This document shows positions 1-12,030 of a stretch of 64,000 nt of DNA, piece by piece. The DNA is from Macrostomum lignano. Lineage: Eukaryota. The stretch covers positions 81,253 through 145,252 of the forward strand of contig NIVC01002733.1 of the NCBI GenBank assembly GCA_002269645.1. Reading direction: 5' to 3'. The translations under genes were made by a program, and so were the position numbers. The notes beneath the pieces were generated by a model. It was given only the letters and a program-made list of their open reading frames with translations, was not told the origin of the DNA and ran no database searches. The stretch's first letter is position 1. Each line of letters begins with the position of its first letter.

Positions 1-580
1 TGGAGTCAATGTATGCTAGGCTTAAAGCAAATTAATGACTATCCTACCTCAATCACCGTACGGTAGCTTTTAGGTTTTTAATACTCCATGATGATGCTAA
101 CCAACATTAACAATTAATATTTCAAATTTCATGTCATTATATATTGCTCTGGCTCGGGGGCCTATGACTGTCTGATTGTGATTGTATCTCCAGTGACTAT
201 GCCAACAGCCAACACTCGATGCTAATGTGCACACTTAAAGAAAATTTTTATTGCAACTTAGAAACAATGAATAGTTAATTGAAAACTTGCTATTGAAAAT
301 TGAATATTTTTATAGCTTCCATTTTTTTAAGTTTGCATATTTAGTAGGCCTTATGCTCAACTACTATATCTAGTTTAGCGGAATGGGCGACGCTTGCCTC
401 CCCACTGCATCTTTGGACTGCCCTGCAGCTAACTATATCTAGTCAATGTAATAACTAATGCTATAAAATAATCAGAGTACTTATAGGCATGGCAGCCGTG
501 TCTATAATATTTGAGCTTATAAGCATGGCAATAATCATTGATATAAAATGTGTGTTCTATAGGGCTATCTCACAAGCAAT

Positions 581-660
581 TGGTGGCTTAGTATATATAT
601 TGATTTCCTTGTGATTGCGTGCAACAAGGGTTCGTATCCCAAGTGGTCGGAGATTTTTTT
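581..660 (+). mobile_element. tRNA-derived SINE-like head (degenerate A/B boxes)
   Basis: TGGTGGCTTAGT (A-box-like) at 581 and GGGTTCGTATCCC (B-box-like) at 628-640, followed by T-runs. The layout resembles the head at 24341. No full cloverleaf. Confidence 0.45.
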
Positions 661-1042
661 TGAAATTTTTTAGCAAACAGAAATTTCAGTAATTTTTCCG
701 CCTTGAATTTTTTCAGGTTTTTAATTAAAAAAATTTAAAATATTTTTTAATAAACTTAATTTTAAAGTGTGGACAATATGTATCGAAAAAAATTTCTTTT
801 TCATATATAATTGCGGCTAAACTTCAAGATTTCATGTTACTCTTAAAAATTTAATTTAATTTATTTAAAAAAGTTTAAATTAAAAAAAAACCTGAATGAC
901 TTTAATCGATCTATATTTTTCATCCAATTGATGATTATATACATAGCAGCCATGCCTAGGGGGGGCCTATATTAGGCCCAAGCTCCAATATTAGAGACAG
1001 CCACCCACCATGCCTCTAAGTGTGAACCCATTCAATATTAAT

Positions 1043-1247
1043 GACACGGCTGCCATGCAAGTTTTATTGACATGGCAACCGTGTCTCTAATAGTGACTAG
1101 GTCTATACTTATAGACATAGCGGCCATGTCTATAATGCAGAAACTTAGAGACATGGCGGCTGTGTCTATAAGTATGGACCTAGTCACTATTAGAGACACG
1201 GCCACCGTGTCTATAAGTTTTTGCATTATAGACATGGTCGCCGTGTC
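1043..1247. repeat. Array of palindromic GACAYGGCNGCCGTGTC motifs forming nested inverted repeats
   Basis: 63-bp arms at 1069-1131 and 1149-1211 are reverse complements with 7 mismatches (6 transitions). A second inverted pair lies at about 1114-1168 and 1195-1247. Related motifs occur near 487 and 941. Confidence 0.85.
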
Positions 1248-3799
1248 TCTAAGTGTGGCATAAAATAATAAGCAAGTTTGCCAAATTAGTTATTAGGCCT
1301 ATTTATATTGTTATTTAACTTTTTTATATTGAAGCTATAAAGACCTAGGCCTAATTACATAAAAATTGCTAAATTAGGAAAGACCAAGCCTAGTGAATTT
1401 AAACCCCCATCCCATGGGGGCATTCAAATTCCAATATTGTTTTTCAAATATATGACCATTTATGCTTTACCAATTTAATTTTTTATTGTTTTAAATTTTA
1501 TAAAAACACTCTTAAGCCCTAATACCATCATAGTATAGAAGGATGTCCATATAAACCACACTCCAGATTATGTAGTATATGCCCAAAAATTCGAGTATTC
1601 ATTGGCCTTGCATGCCAAAATTAGGCATGCACAGTTGGCATGCATCACTCCTAAGAAAATAGTATATATGCACACCTGGCATGTACTTTATAGAATCATG
1701 CTTAAGAGTTACTGTAAGCTTGTAAAATAGCATTTAAACAAATCTTTTTGTGTATAAATAAATTTTCTGCTGTAAATAATATTGCCAAAAAGCATAAAAA
1801 GCAACCAAGCAACCAAATAATCTGGTAGGCCTAATAAGGGTCTATTACGCAATTTAAAAAAGGTATTATTGTCAGAACGTAAAAAAGGTCATTTATTGTC
1901 ACAACACTGGCATATTTTTGAGAATGGGTATGCACTATACATTTTTTTGGCGTGCATTTGTAATTAAATTCAATTTTTGTTCAGGCGTGCACCCAACATG
2001 ATCCAAACTATGGTGTGTAAATAATGTAAATTAAAATTTTGGCTTGTTGTATAATAGTATGACAAGGATTAAAAAATAGTATTATTGGTGTATGATAGGA
2101 TATGATAAGAATAAATGCAAAAATAAATATAAATACAATAAAAGTGAACAAAAATTGCTCATTCTAATTTTCTAGAAAGTGCAAAGTAAAACAACAATTA
2201 TGTTGTTACTTATTGACTGCACACAATGCACATTAGTTAGAAAAACAAAACAAAAATAAAAGTTTTCTTAGGCATAAATTTTGCTTTTTATTTTCGTTCA
2301 TTGGTAATAGTGCCATGGTGAATGTGTTTTAAATGTGGAAATGACTTACAAACTGTAGACAGTTAATAAAAAAATACTTTGCAACATTGACTCATGTATG
2401 ACTGTATGTCTGTATGATAGCTATCATATAAGTGTGGACCAACTATACAATAGTGTACAATATAGCACCCCCACAAAAAAGAGTGATGTACAATATGTAT
2501 GACAGGTGATTCTTGTGTACAATAGAAATTTTTATTGTATACCCATCTTTCTGCACTATGATATGGCCATGTGATTCAAATTTAAAATTTAAATATAAAA
2601 AAACAAAATCAAAAATGTTTTTAATATATTTATATACCTATTTTCCAAATAAATCAAAGATAATTGGTCCTATTAGCTATACCATTTGCAACTATACTAT
2701 ACTCTCTTTAGTATATTATATAAAAAAAGCACAAGATTGGTGTGCTTTAGTGCAAGATTAGTGTGCCAAGATATCTTATGGCAAATATGGTGGAGTCATG
2801 GCTTGTTACCTCGTGGTTAGGCTACTGGTTTAGGTTTTACTTCTGTTTTTGTTATTATATACTGTTAATTTGGTAGGTTGCTGCCACCAGACTAATGTCC
2901 CTTATAATTAATGTTAACTTAAAATAAGTGAGACAAGAGTCAAATTCAAGTAAGGTAATTAGAACAAAGAAAAACAATATTGTTATAAGCTAAATATGCA
3001 AAGAAAGAAAATTACACATTAGTTCCTTATGTTAATAGATTTGGTATACTCTGATTCTTAATTAGACTAGTGGTAGACTCCCTTAGTTTTCCCCATATTA
3101 CCTAATTGACTTATACTATGTTCCTAGTCTTGGTAGACTCCATTTAGACTAAATGGTAGACTCCTTTTAGCCTCCCTATGCTACCTTGGACTTACCCTTA
3201 ATTTCCTATGGCTAGAGAGATATTATTTCTTATGCAAGGGGAGACTCTTTTTATGTTAGCTTTTTACTTGAGACTTGGTCTCTTAAATGTTGTCCTGATG
3301 GACTGTCCTAAATGGATTGTCTTAAACTGATTATCCCAAACGGATGCTTTTCCCAAGGCTAAACAGCTTTTTACAAATGGAGGAACCCGCTAAGACTCAA
3401 ATTCCCACAACTTCTATTATTTCCCCAAGGTTGAACTATTGATAGTAGTGCAGAAGTAAAACTGCTTTATACTTGACTCGGGTTATTAAAATAAATCATC
3501 TTGACAAATGGGAAACTACTTGGCAAATGCCTAGCACAACTGCTTGAACTAACCCTACAACAATGGTAAAACAAGTGCCCAAGGCAGCTATGGATATGAG
3601 TACAATAGATAGCTGCTCTTATGGCTACAATTATAGAAATATAATAATTATATTCCATAGATTCTCATAGCTGTAGTTATAAATATAAAAAATTAATGAA
3701 TATAAAAAATAAGTAAAACAAAACAAAAACTTAGTGTGACAAACCTTTTGTAAATTAATAATAGACCTATTAATAGACTTATAATAGAATGTAATTAAA

Positions 3800-4075
3800 C
3801 AGTAACAGATCTAGAGTTTCATTTTGGGGGTGAAGCAGTCTAAATTTGGGGTGCCAATATGAATATAAGGCACCAGTTTTAGGATAGGAGATATAAAAAA
3901 TGTATAGAAAAGGCAAAAACCAAGCTTAAGGGTGCAAAAAGAGGCATTTGAAAGCAAAAATCAAGTTTAGGGGGGGGGTACAAACTTAGGTTTTCAGGGG
4001 GCACAATATGTTTTGTCAAGCTATTTTAAGGTAGGGGGTTAGCCACCTTCCCTACCCCCTCTAAATTTATCCCTG
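3800..4075. mobile_element. Degenerate MITE-like element with terminal inverted repeats
   Basis: CAGTAACAGATCTAGAG (3800-3816) versus the reverse complement of 4059-4075 (CAGGGATAAATTTAGAG). Mismatches are almost all transitions. G-run/C-run interior typical of small non-autonomous DNA elements. Confidence 0.45.
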
Positions 4076-6099
4076 CAAATTAAAAATTTAGCAACTCAGC
4101 CAAATGACACAAAATGCTACCATTTTGAATGACTCATTCATTTCCTTCACCTAAGGTCCATATCTATAAAGGATAGATCATAGGCACTTTCATGATTTTC
4201 AAATGAGGCTAGAATCTATTATCTAGATTAGCATCTTTTGTAAATCAATTCTGTTAAAAATTTGATAGACATGTATATAAAAATAGAACACAGGTACAAA
4301 AATTGAAGATCATTGCAATTGTTGAAGTGTCCCTTAAGTTTGCATGCAATATTGTACAATACTATGAGTAAAACATTGTTTAGGATATTACAAAGCATTT
4401 TCTCAATCTCTATTATAGTATAGGCATGATGAAGTCTAAAAGCATAATGATCAATAAGCAAAGTTTATGTAGAAAGTGAAAACAATTGACAAAAAGTAAT
4501 CCTAATGATCCTTATTTGTATCATCATTGGGATTAAGATCCCAATAACCCCTTGATATCCTATGTTTTTGGGATCAGGATTAGGATCTTGTCTGACCCTT
4601 TATAGAAATATCATAGATGATTTAAGCCACTTGATGGCATAAGGCTAGTCTAGATTGAACAAAGATCAAAATTTTTCTAGACTAGCCTGAAATAGATCTT
4701 TTATTGAACTTTCTTGCATATATTGCCTAAAAAAGATCATATTTGTCTAAATAAAATAAATATTTGTGGCTTGAATGTAGAAAATAAGAAAAACATATAT
4801 TTGTTTATATTTGGTATTTACTATTTACTTTAAAATGACAAGTTTAAATTGAATTTTTATTCCAATTTGAAATATTTATTTCTATTAAACTATTTCAAAA
4901 TGTTTGCCATCTATATTATATAGCAAATTCTACATATTTCAAATATAAATTGGATTATACTTTGTGTACAAGTACTAGTAAACTATATACAAGTTTAGAA
5001 AAAACTAAAAAAACCAAAGAAAGTACTAACAACTAACAAGACTGACTCTATAAATTGATATTATCACTATCAGATATCAATGGCTATATACTTTTTTAAA
5101 GCAAGTGTAACAGGGCTTTTACCTCCTACTTTATCAATTTTAATCCCACTAAATGCCACCAAGTTTTACAGGTGTTGTTCCTGTTTACTAATGTTATCTT
5201 AATTGCACTTCTATTTTCACTTCTTAACTGTTTCTTAGAATTTCATTTGAATATACTGGTAGCGTCTTATGTATTAGTCTGGTAGCGTCTTATGTACTAG
5301 TCTGGTAGCATCTTATGTATGGCCTGAGCAGTCTAGTACTGGTACATGAACTTATTAGATTGTCCTAGTCAGGCGTTCACTGGGATTAGAGGGGCAGAGC
5401 GCAACTCTCTGAGTTTCCTTTGTATATCTCCCAATCCCTTCTCTTAGCAATTTTCTGAGCATGGTAACTCACTCTTTCCTTAAAATGACTAACTTAATAA
5501 GGTTTCAAAGTTCATCAGAGAATATAAAATGAACGAGCTAAGAGCAAGCAAGCAGCAAGTTAGCGAGTTTAGCAAGTTGGGTTTATTTGGGCAAAAATTG
5601 GCTTGTATATATACTGTCTAGATGGCTATGTTTATAACAAAAAATATTTATCGATATTATTTAGCTTAGTAAAACAAAACAGCTAGTTTAATTTCTATAT
5701 TGCACGCGAATTAAACATAGTTATTAATCAGCTTTTTTACTTATACAAATCATAATAATATAACAGCACTATCATTGTAGATGTTTATTAGGCACATAGA
5801 AATACTAAAAACTTATAGGAAGTACAGGCTAGCACACAAGTTTAGGCTATATATCATTGGCTATATAGTGTTTTCTAATATAATGAATCACAAAAATGCT
5901 TAGAATATGCCTCTTTAGCCTTTGATCAGAGGACTTTGTACATATCATTAATAGTTTGTCCATGAGCTTCTAAATGAACAAACAAATAGGCTTCTAATAG
6001 AAGGCCCATGAGCTTCTAAAACACTTTTGGAACACTTGAGTAAAACACTTAATTAAAGTAAAAAGAACACTCAAATATATGTGTCAATGTTGCTAGCAA

Positions 6100-8100
6100 C
6101 ACTGTGAGGCTCAGTAAATGCATTTTAAACTGGGTTACTCAAACTCATTGTGTACCTCTAAAACCTGCCAAGCAAATGGCAGAAGCTCTGAATCTTTGGG
6201 ATAGCAGGCAAAATACAGTGGCTTGTCATATTGGGTTACCACTAGAAAATCTTTGCTGATGAATCTCAGCAAAGCTATCATCCAAATGAATGTGGCATAC
6301 TGGCATACCTATTGTAGTTAATTCAGTTAGAACAAATATTTATTTGAATTTCATAAAAAAACTATTTATAATTAATATAATTTTTTACCATTTTTTCAAT
6401 TGTAGACAGCTTTCAGGGTGATTTAGCTGCCTTTGAAGCTAAACATTGCTTTTCTGATTCTCTAAGCTGCTTGAATTTTGTAGCCATGTTTTTTGCTGAC
6501 TTATAAACAAAAATCAGTTTCTTAATTCAAATTAAGACTCTAACTATAAAAGCAAGTAACATTAAACTGCCAAATAAATACTTAAAGTAGCTTAGAATAT
6601 ATAAATTATTATAAAAATATTAAAATAGATATGACAATACCAATAATAAAAACCTAGTTATTTTTTTGAAGTTAGCAAAGATTTTACCTTGGTTAACTTG
6701 CGCCCTCGTGGTGGGCGGCGGCCCTGGCCTCGGCCTTGTTGGCACACCTGGTCAAATGAGCCACCACCCTCCTCATCAACTTGTATACTGTTGTTGTGTT
6801 CTCATTGTGCATTAGTGCCCTAAATGCCATAACAAACTTCATTGCTGCTCACAACTACCAAAAACTCTTCTAAAGCTAGATGATATAATTAGCCTATAAA
6901 AACTACAATTGTTTATATGAAATTCAAGAAGTCTACAAGGCATGCTTAAATATATACATATATATGCCTATAAAAGTATATATATATTATGTATATATAT
7001 ATATAAGTCAAAAAATAAGTCTGTATTACTTTACACAAGTCATGGTTCTTGCAAAATCGGATAATAGGTCAAGCAATTTTTTTCTGCTCTAGGCAGGGCA
7101 AGAAGGTTTATAACCCATTCTCAAAATGACTCCTTAGTCATTTAGCCATTCTTTGTCATAGAGTATTTGTAAATGTCTAGGACATTATGCTTCTTCCTTG
7201 TAAATACAAAATGAGGTAGCAGTATTGATATTAAAGCCTAGATAATAAATAATGACAATATAATTTTTCTTTTCATTGTCTATAGTCTTGGTGTAGACAA
7301 ATTTATAAACCTTTCCAACAACCACTTTATGCAACTTTCTAGCAAAGTGGCCAAAATGGCAATAAAAAGCACAAATAGCTACATTTATTATCTAACTAAA
7401 TAAAAGATAAATGAACATTTCCAAAGTTGAATATCTTAAGAGTTCTAAGAGTTCTCGACCTTGCATGTCTTATTACAGTTAAAAATCCTTATTAAGTTCT
7501 CTAGCACTTTACAGAAATCTTTATAATCAGGACAAGCCTTGGCTCAGTCTTGATAGTCTGAAACCACTAAAGTATTTGCTCCTTAGTAACTAGATTTTAG
7601 TTATAATTGCCTGGTTAAAGTGTTTAGATTGACAATACACTGGTGGCACCTAAGAAGCAATTAAGCTAAGCTTCTATTCATATCAAATTTTATACTTTAA
7701 ATGTCTATCTTCAAAACTAGTATTCTAGTCATTGAGATAGACTGTCATTTAGTAGCTAATAATGTCTCAAGAAAGACAGTTTCTTTGGCTATGAAAACCT
7801 GGTTCTACAAATTAAAAGGCTTTAATGTTTGTTTGACAAAACTTTCTTTGCATAATAAAGCAAAATTTAATGGGAAATACCAAAGTACTATACAATGCTT
7901 CTATAAATAAACTTCTCACCTGCTTCAAAGAAGTATAAACAACTTATATAGCTTCATCAAGGTGCTTAGCTCAAGATCTTATTAGATTTTTAGCGATTAG
8001 CCTAGTTATCTATGTATACCCATACCTATAGTCTATATAGGATATCCTAGTAGTAGCTAATAGCTTATGTATGCTATAGTCTAGATTCACTTCAACAGCT
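6100..8100 (-). pseudogene. Degraded pogo/Tc1-like (DDE_1) transposase remnant
   Basis: Minus-strand translation near 7380-7070 gives KVYKFVYTKTIDNERKIILSLFII*ALISILLPHFVFTRKKH...KNG*MTKESF*EWV, matching the DDE_1 pattern (ER..T......G..LPP..IF.GK...NGWMT..F.EW). Best-supported core is 7060-7620; outer limits are approximate. Confidence 0.5.
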
Positions 8101-9099
8101 TGGAGAGCAGCATTACTATCAATAGCAAGGTGTTGACCTGACCTCAACTTGTCCTGCAACTTATACTTTTTCTTAGCAAAGTACAAGAACTACTTATATA
8201 CCAATGACTTAGGGGGGGGTGCTTATGGGCCCATTAGCTATGATAGCTTGCATTGGGCCTTGACTGTCTTGCATCTTATACAGAAGTGGCTAGGCAAAAT
8301 TGCTTGCCATTCAGTTCTTAGCAGTTCAATTGAATGCATTTGCTAGCTTAATTAGACCATCTGGGAAACTGAGCAATACAAAGCTAAAAAGTGATTATTA
8401 GATTAGCCAACAGCATAGTAGATAGTTGCTACTTTTAAGCTTTTTCATAGACAAAAAATTTAATGTTTGATCTGACAAAATTCTAGAAACTTTTGGATCA
8501 TCCAACTGTTTTAGGCCAGAAATGCAAAGACCTCTTTTCTGCATTTTTTAGTGAAAACATTTTTCTTTTTTCTGAGAGCATTAACATGGAAAGCATGCAT
8601 TATAAAAAGTTATGTTGTTAATAGATCTTAGTTTACTCTTATAATTGTATATTTTATTTTTTGTTTTTTTTCTTAAACAAGAAGATAAATTAAATGTTTT
8701 TTAGCAAAAAAGACAATACCAAAATAAAAATGACAATTTTTATATAATTCATAGAGGTCTCAATGGAAGCTAAATGACCTTTTGCATGGCCTATGGCATT
8801 TTGCAAAGTTGTATTTACTATAATATATAATTGCTAGCTTATCTAGCTATCAGCAGAACCCTATAAATTGTGGTAGGCCTATGCTTAGACCTAGGTAAGC
8901 CTAAATAGCAAAACTGATAACTTTTGTCAAAATTTAATTTTTTTACTTTTTTATAAAATTTGACAATGAATTAAATGTTTTTTGGCTAAGCAAAAAGCAA
9001 ATATAGCCTTTATTATTCACTTAGCATAATTATAGACTATTAGAGGTTGCAAATGTATAATATCTGGGCTAATTGCCTTTTGGAATAAGAACTACAACT

Positions 9100-11850
9100 A
9101 GAATTAGAATAGGCCTAGTTCCTATAAAATAAATAAATAGTTGAATGCATTTGATATAACAATCTTTAGTGTCATTTGTATGCAATTTTAATTCTAATCT
9201 TTAGTGCTAAAGGTATCATAGATAAAAAATTATACTTGCCTCTTCATAGACCTTTATGCATTCTTATAAAATTCTTATTGATATAATCTTTGGAAGACTT
9301 TAAATAAAAAGCAAAAAGTTTAAATTCTTTTATATAATAGTTTTCACTTACTAATTTGACTTTAAACTTGATTTGTTTAATTGATCTGATTATAATAATA
9401 TTTCTCCTTAAGCCAAATAACCTAGTAACTAATTCTTATCAAAATATGTTAGGAACTTTTTACTTAAAGGTTGTTGCAGCTAATTCAATTGCATGCTATA
9501 CTCCAAGTTGTCTACTATATATTCTAGGGCATATAGACTATCCAATATAGCAATTCTTTCTAATATGGTTTCTTTCAAAATGTGGAAAGCATATGAAATA
9601 GGCCTAGGGATACTTGTAGGCTGGCATTTATATGCCCTTGAAAATTAATTGCTCTTTATTAGTCTTTGTCCATTATAATCTTTGTTGACAACCAACATTT
9701 GTTTATTACCAAGAGATACAGAGGCATATTTAAATTCAATCAATATGTTGAATCTATAATCAGGAACTCTAAAAATGCCTTATAGGCTACTTCTGTATCT
9801 ATATATTGTTATAAAATTGCCTTGATTTCTACCTACTCTGTATTGCTAAAATATCCATTAGAGGTCTTAGATTGAATGTCACTCTCCTATCTCTTTTAAG
9901 GCCAGTGCACTTTAAAAAGCTGTTTGTTGCAATCAAGGATGGCCATCAACTGCACTGCTGCTTAGTAAAGTTCTTGACAAAGACCTGTGTATTATAATTA
10001 TAATCAAAAGCATAGTAGTAGCATATATAAAAATCTAAAATATCAAATTAGGGTTGCATTGATTGCTTCTGGTTTGCACTGACTATGCTGCAGATGTAGA
10101 GAGTGGTGCATATGCAGGGGTAAGGACTGCAAATTGGCTAATAGTCTGATATAAGGCCTCATGTAGTACATGTAAGGAGACAGATTTGTTTCTTGCAGTT
10201 TCTGTTAGTCAGTGTCACGTGACATGACACTGGCATAGCAACTGGGTTTGCTCCAGCTTGTCACCACAGTTTCCCTTAGTCTCTCCCACTTTGTACCCAT
10301 GTCCAGCAGTGTTTAGCCTACTTTTTGGCAATTGCCTAGATGCTTCCACTGGTGCCTCCTTTGGCACCTTTCTCTTTTGCACTTTGATAAGTGCATAATG
10401 TGGTATTACCTTAGAGAGGGAACTGTTTTAATCAAGTTATGCAGAATAAACCAACTGTTATCCACATTTCAATGCTTATAGTCAGACTTACATCTGGCAC
10501 CCTTTCTGATAAAATTCCTAAAGAGAGAATAGAAAAAAAGCCAATAGTATCTTAGCATCCAGTAACTATTTACTAGCAAAATACCCTGGAAATACAGGTT
10601 AATATTTTTAACTATTTACAAGCGTACCTTATAGATTATAGGCTTAAGAGTAATGGGTTGAATAAAATGTGTATTTTACCACATTAATATCTGGATTCCT
10701 AAAAGTAGCTTTGCTTATTTAATGTCTTGCTCTTGATTAGTGGTCAATATATTGTAATAATTCTACTAGAATTCAATAAGCATATAAGTATATAACTTCC
10801 AAAGAAATAAATCAGTATACAAACAGATTATATCTTATCAAATATTTGCACCAAAAAAATGACAAATAAAATATCTGGCTTACAAAAACTATAGCATTGC
10901 CTAGATTTGCCTTTATCCAACCTAATGTTACAATTTAGTGAGAGTACAGCCTGGTTTTGTAAATTTGATCAATCAAAAATAATGAAAAAGAAGACAATGT
11001 TGATTAAAAAGTTTAACCTTTTCTTAATCAAGCATATATCATAAGATATTAAAGCAGTGACAGCTGAGATAGCATCGGGTATTAAAGTGGCAGTAGGTTC
11101 TGGCATCCTTTCTGGCAGTATGGCAGGTTGAGGTTGATCTAATGCCAGATGCCATAAAAGGCTAGTAACTATAAGTGCTCCAACCTTGAATGGATATCTG
11201 CCTTAGCCTTTTCCTTAGTGATAGCTATCTCTGCTGCATATATTGGAATATTTGTGGCAGCAAATGAGTGGCATAATTGGCATAGCTCCAGATCTTTGTA
11301 GTGCCAATGTTTATACATGATGTATGCTTCAATGCAATCAAAATAGGTGTTGCTAGATAGTTTTAACCAGGTCAAAGGTTGTTTGTCAAGAAGCTGTATA
11401 ATCTAACTAAAACCCAAAATAGAAATGATAATAATTCAATTAAAATTTTATTGAATGAAACATTGATGGTAATGAAGTGGTTGATATATAAAAATATAAA
11501 TAGTCAGTCTGCTAGTGCATCATACGTACAAACTTGTTGCTAAGCTTGTTCTTTATTTTGTCCTGCTGCCAGCCATTGAGTTCACGGCACAGTGTAAATT
11601 GATCCATCCTTATTTGAAAGTTTGCACTTTGCACTTTCATTGAGTTCTTTGATTTCAACCTCTTGAAAGGTCAATATCTTGAAAGGTGTCCCTGGGTATT
11701 TCATCATGTGTACTTGTCTGCTATTGTGTTGGCTGTACCAATTTGGATGTAATACCCAGCAGTGCTGATTTTATCAGCTTGTCCATGCAACTGTCATTAC
11801 TACCTCCTTTGGTTGGTAACTTTGACGGGCTTCCAGGCATCTTTACAGCA
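9100..11850 (-). pseudogene. Degenerate multi-exon gene, head-to-head with MRPL47; product unidentified
   Basis: Splice-like junctions are visible (GTACGT...TTAG about 11530-11405; GTAAGT...AAACAG about 10490-10420; acceptor ACACAG at 9985). One frame from 9984 down to about 9100 runs about 300 codons with roughly a dozen stops, mostly TAA/TAG. Confidence 0.5.
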
Positions 11851-12030
11851 ACTGCGTGAAAATTAAAGCAATAATTGAATTTTCCCACTTTAGAAACAAC
11901 TTGTGAAAATATAGAAATAGCTATAAAATTTTCAATTAAAATGGAATGTGAAATCAATTATTTAATTAGTTAACCTTACCGAAATTTACTGAGCTCTGTG
12001 TAATTTCTACAGTTGGTTAATTATTAAAAC

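Larger units (their letters stand above)
1..11950. other. AT-rich, CpG-depleted, TpA-rich hypermutated domain
   Basis: By eye, CpG is nearly absent (none seen about 3.5-5.2 kb or 8.0-10.2 kb), while TA/CTAG/TAG are abundant. CpG becomes common again from MRPL47 exon 1 (12031) onward. Degenerate reading frames here are broken mainly by TAA/TAG. Confidence 0.8.

Noticed and set aside
5255-5320. 23-bp triple repeat resembling a reversed HA-tag sequence
   Set aside because: Period is not a multiple of 3 and the match is partial; coincidental.
9795-9815. IDTE(G)V(A) retropepsin-like motif
   Set aside because: It is in a different frame from the more open, better-supported reading frame.
11260-11295. 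LCHSFAAT as a mutated tyrosine-recombinase LRHS motif
   Set aside because: No downstream LGH/Y box was found; the match is too short.
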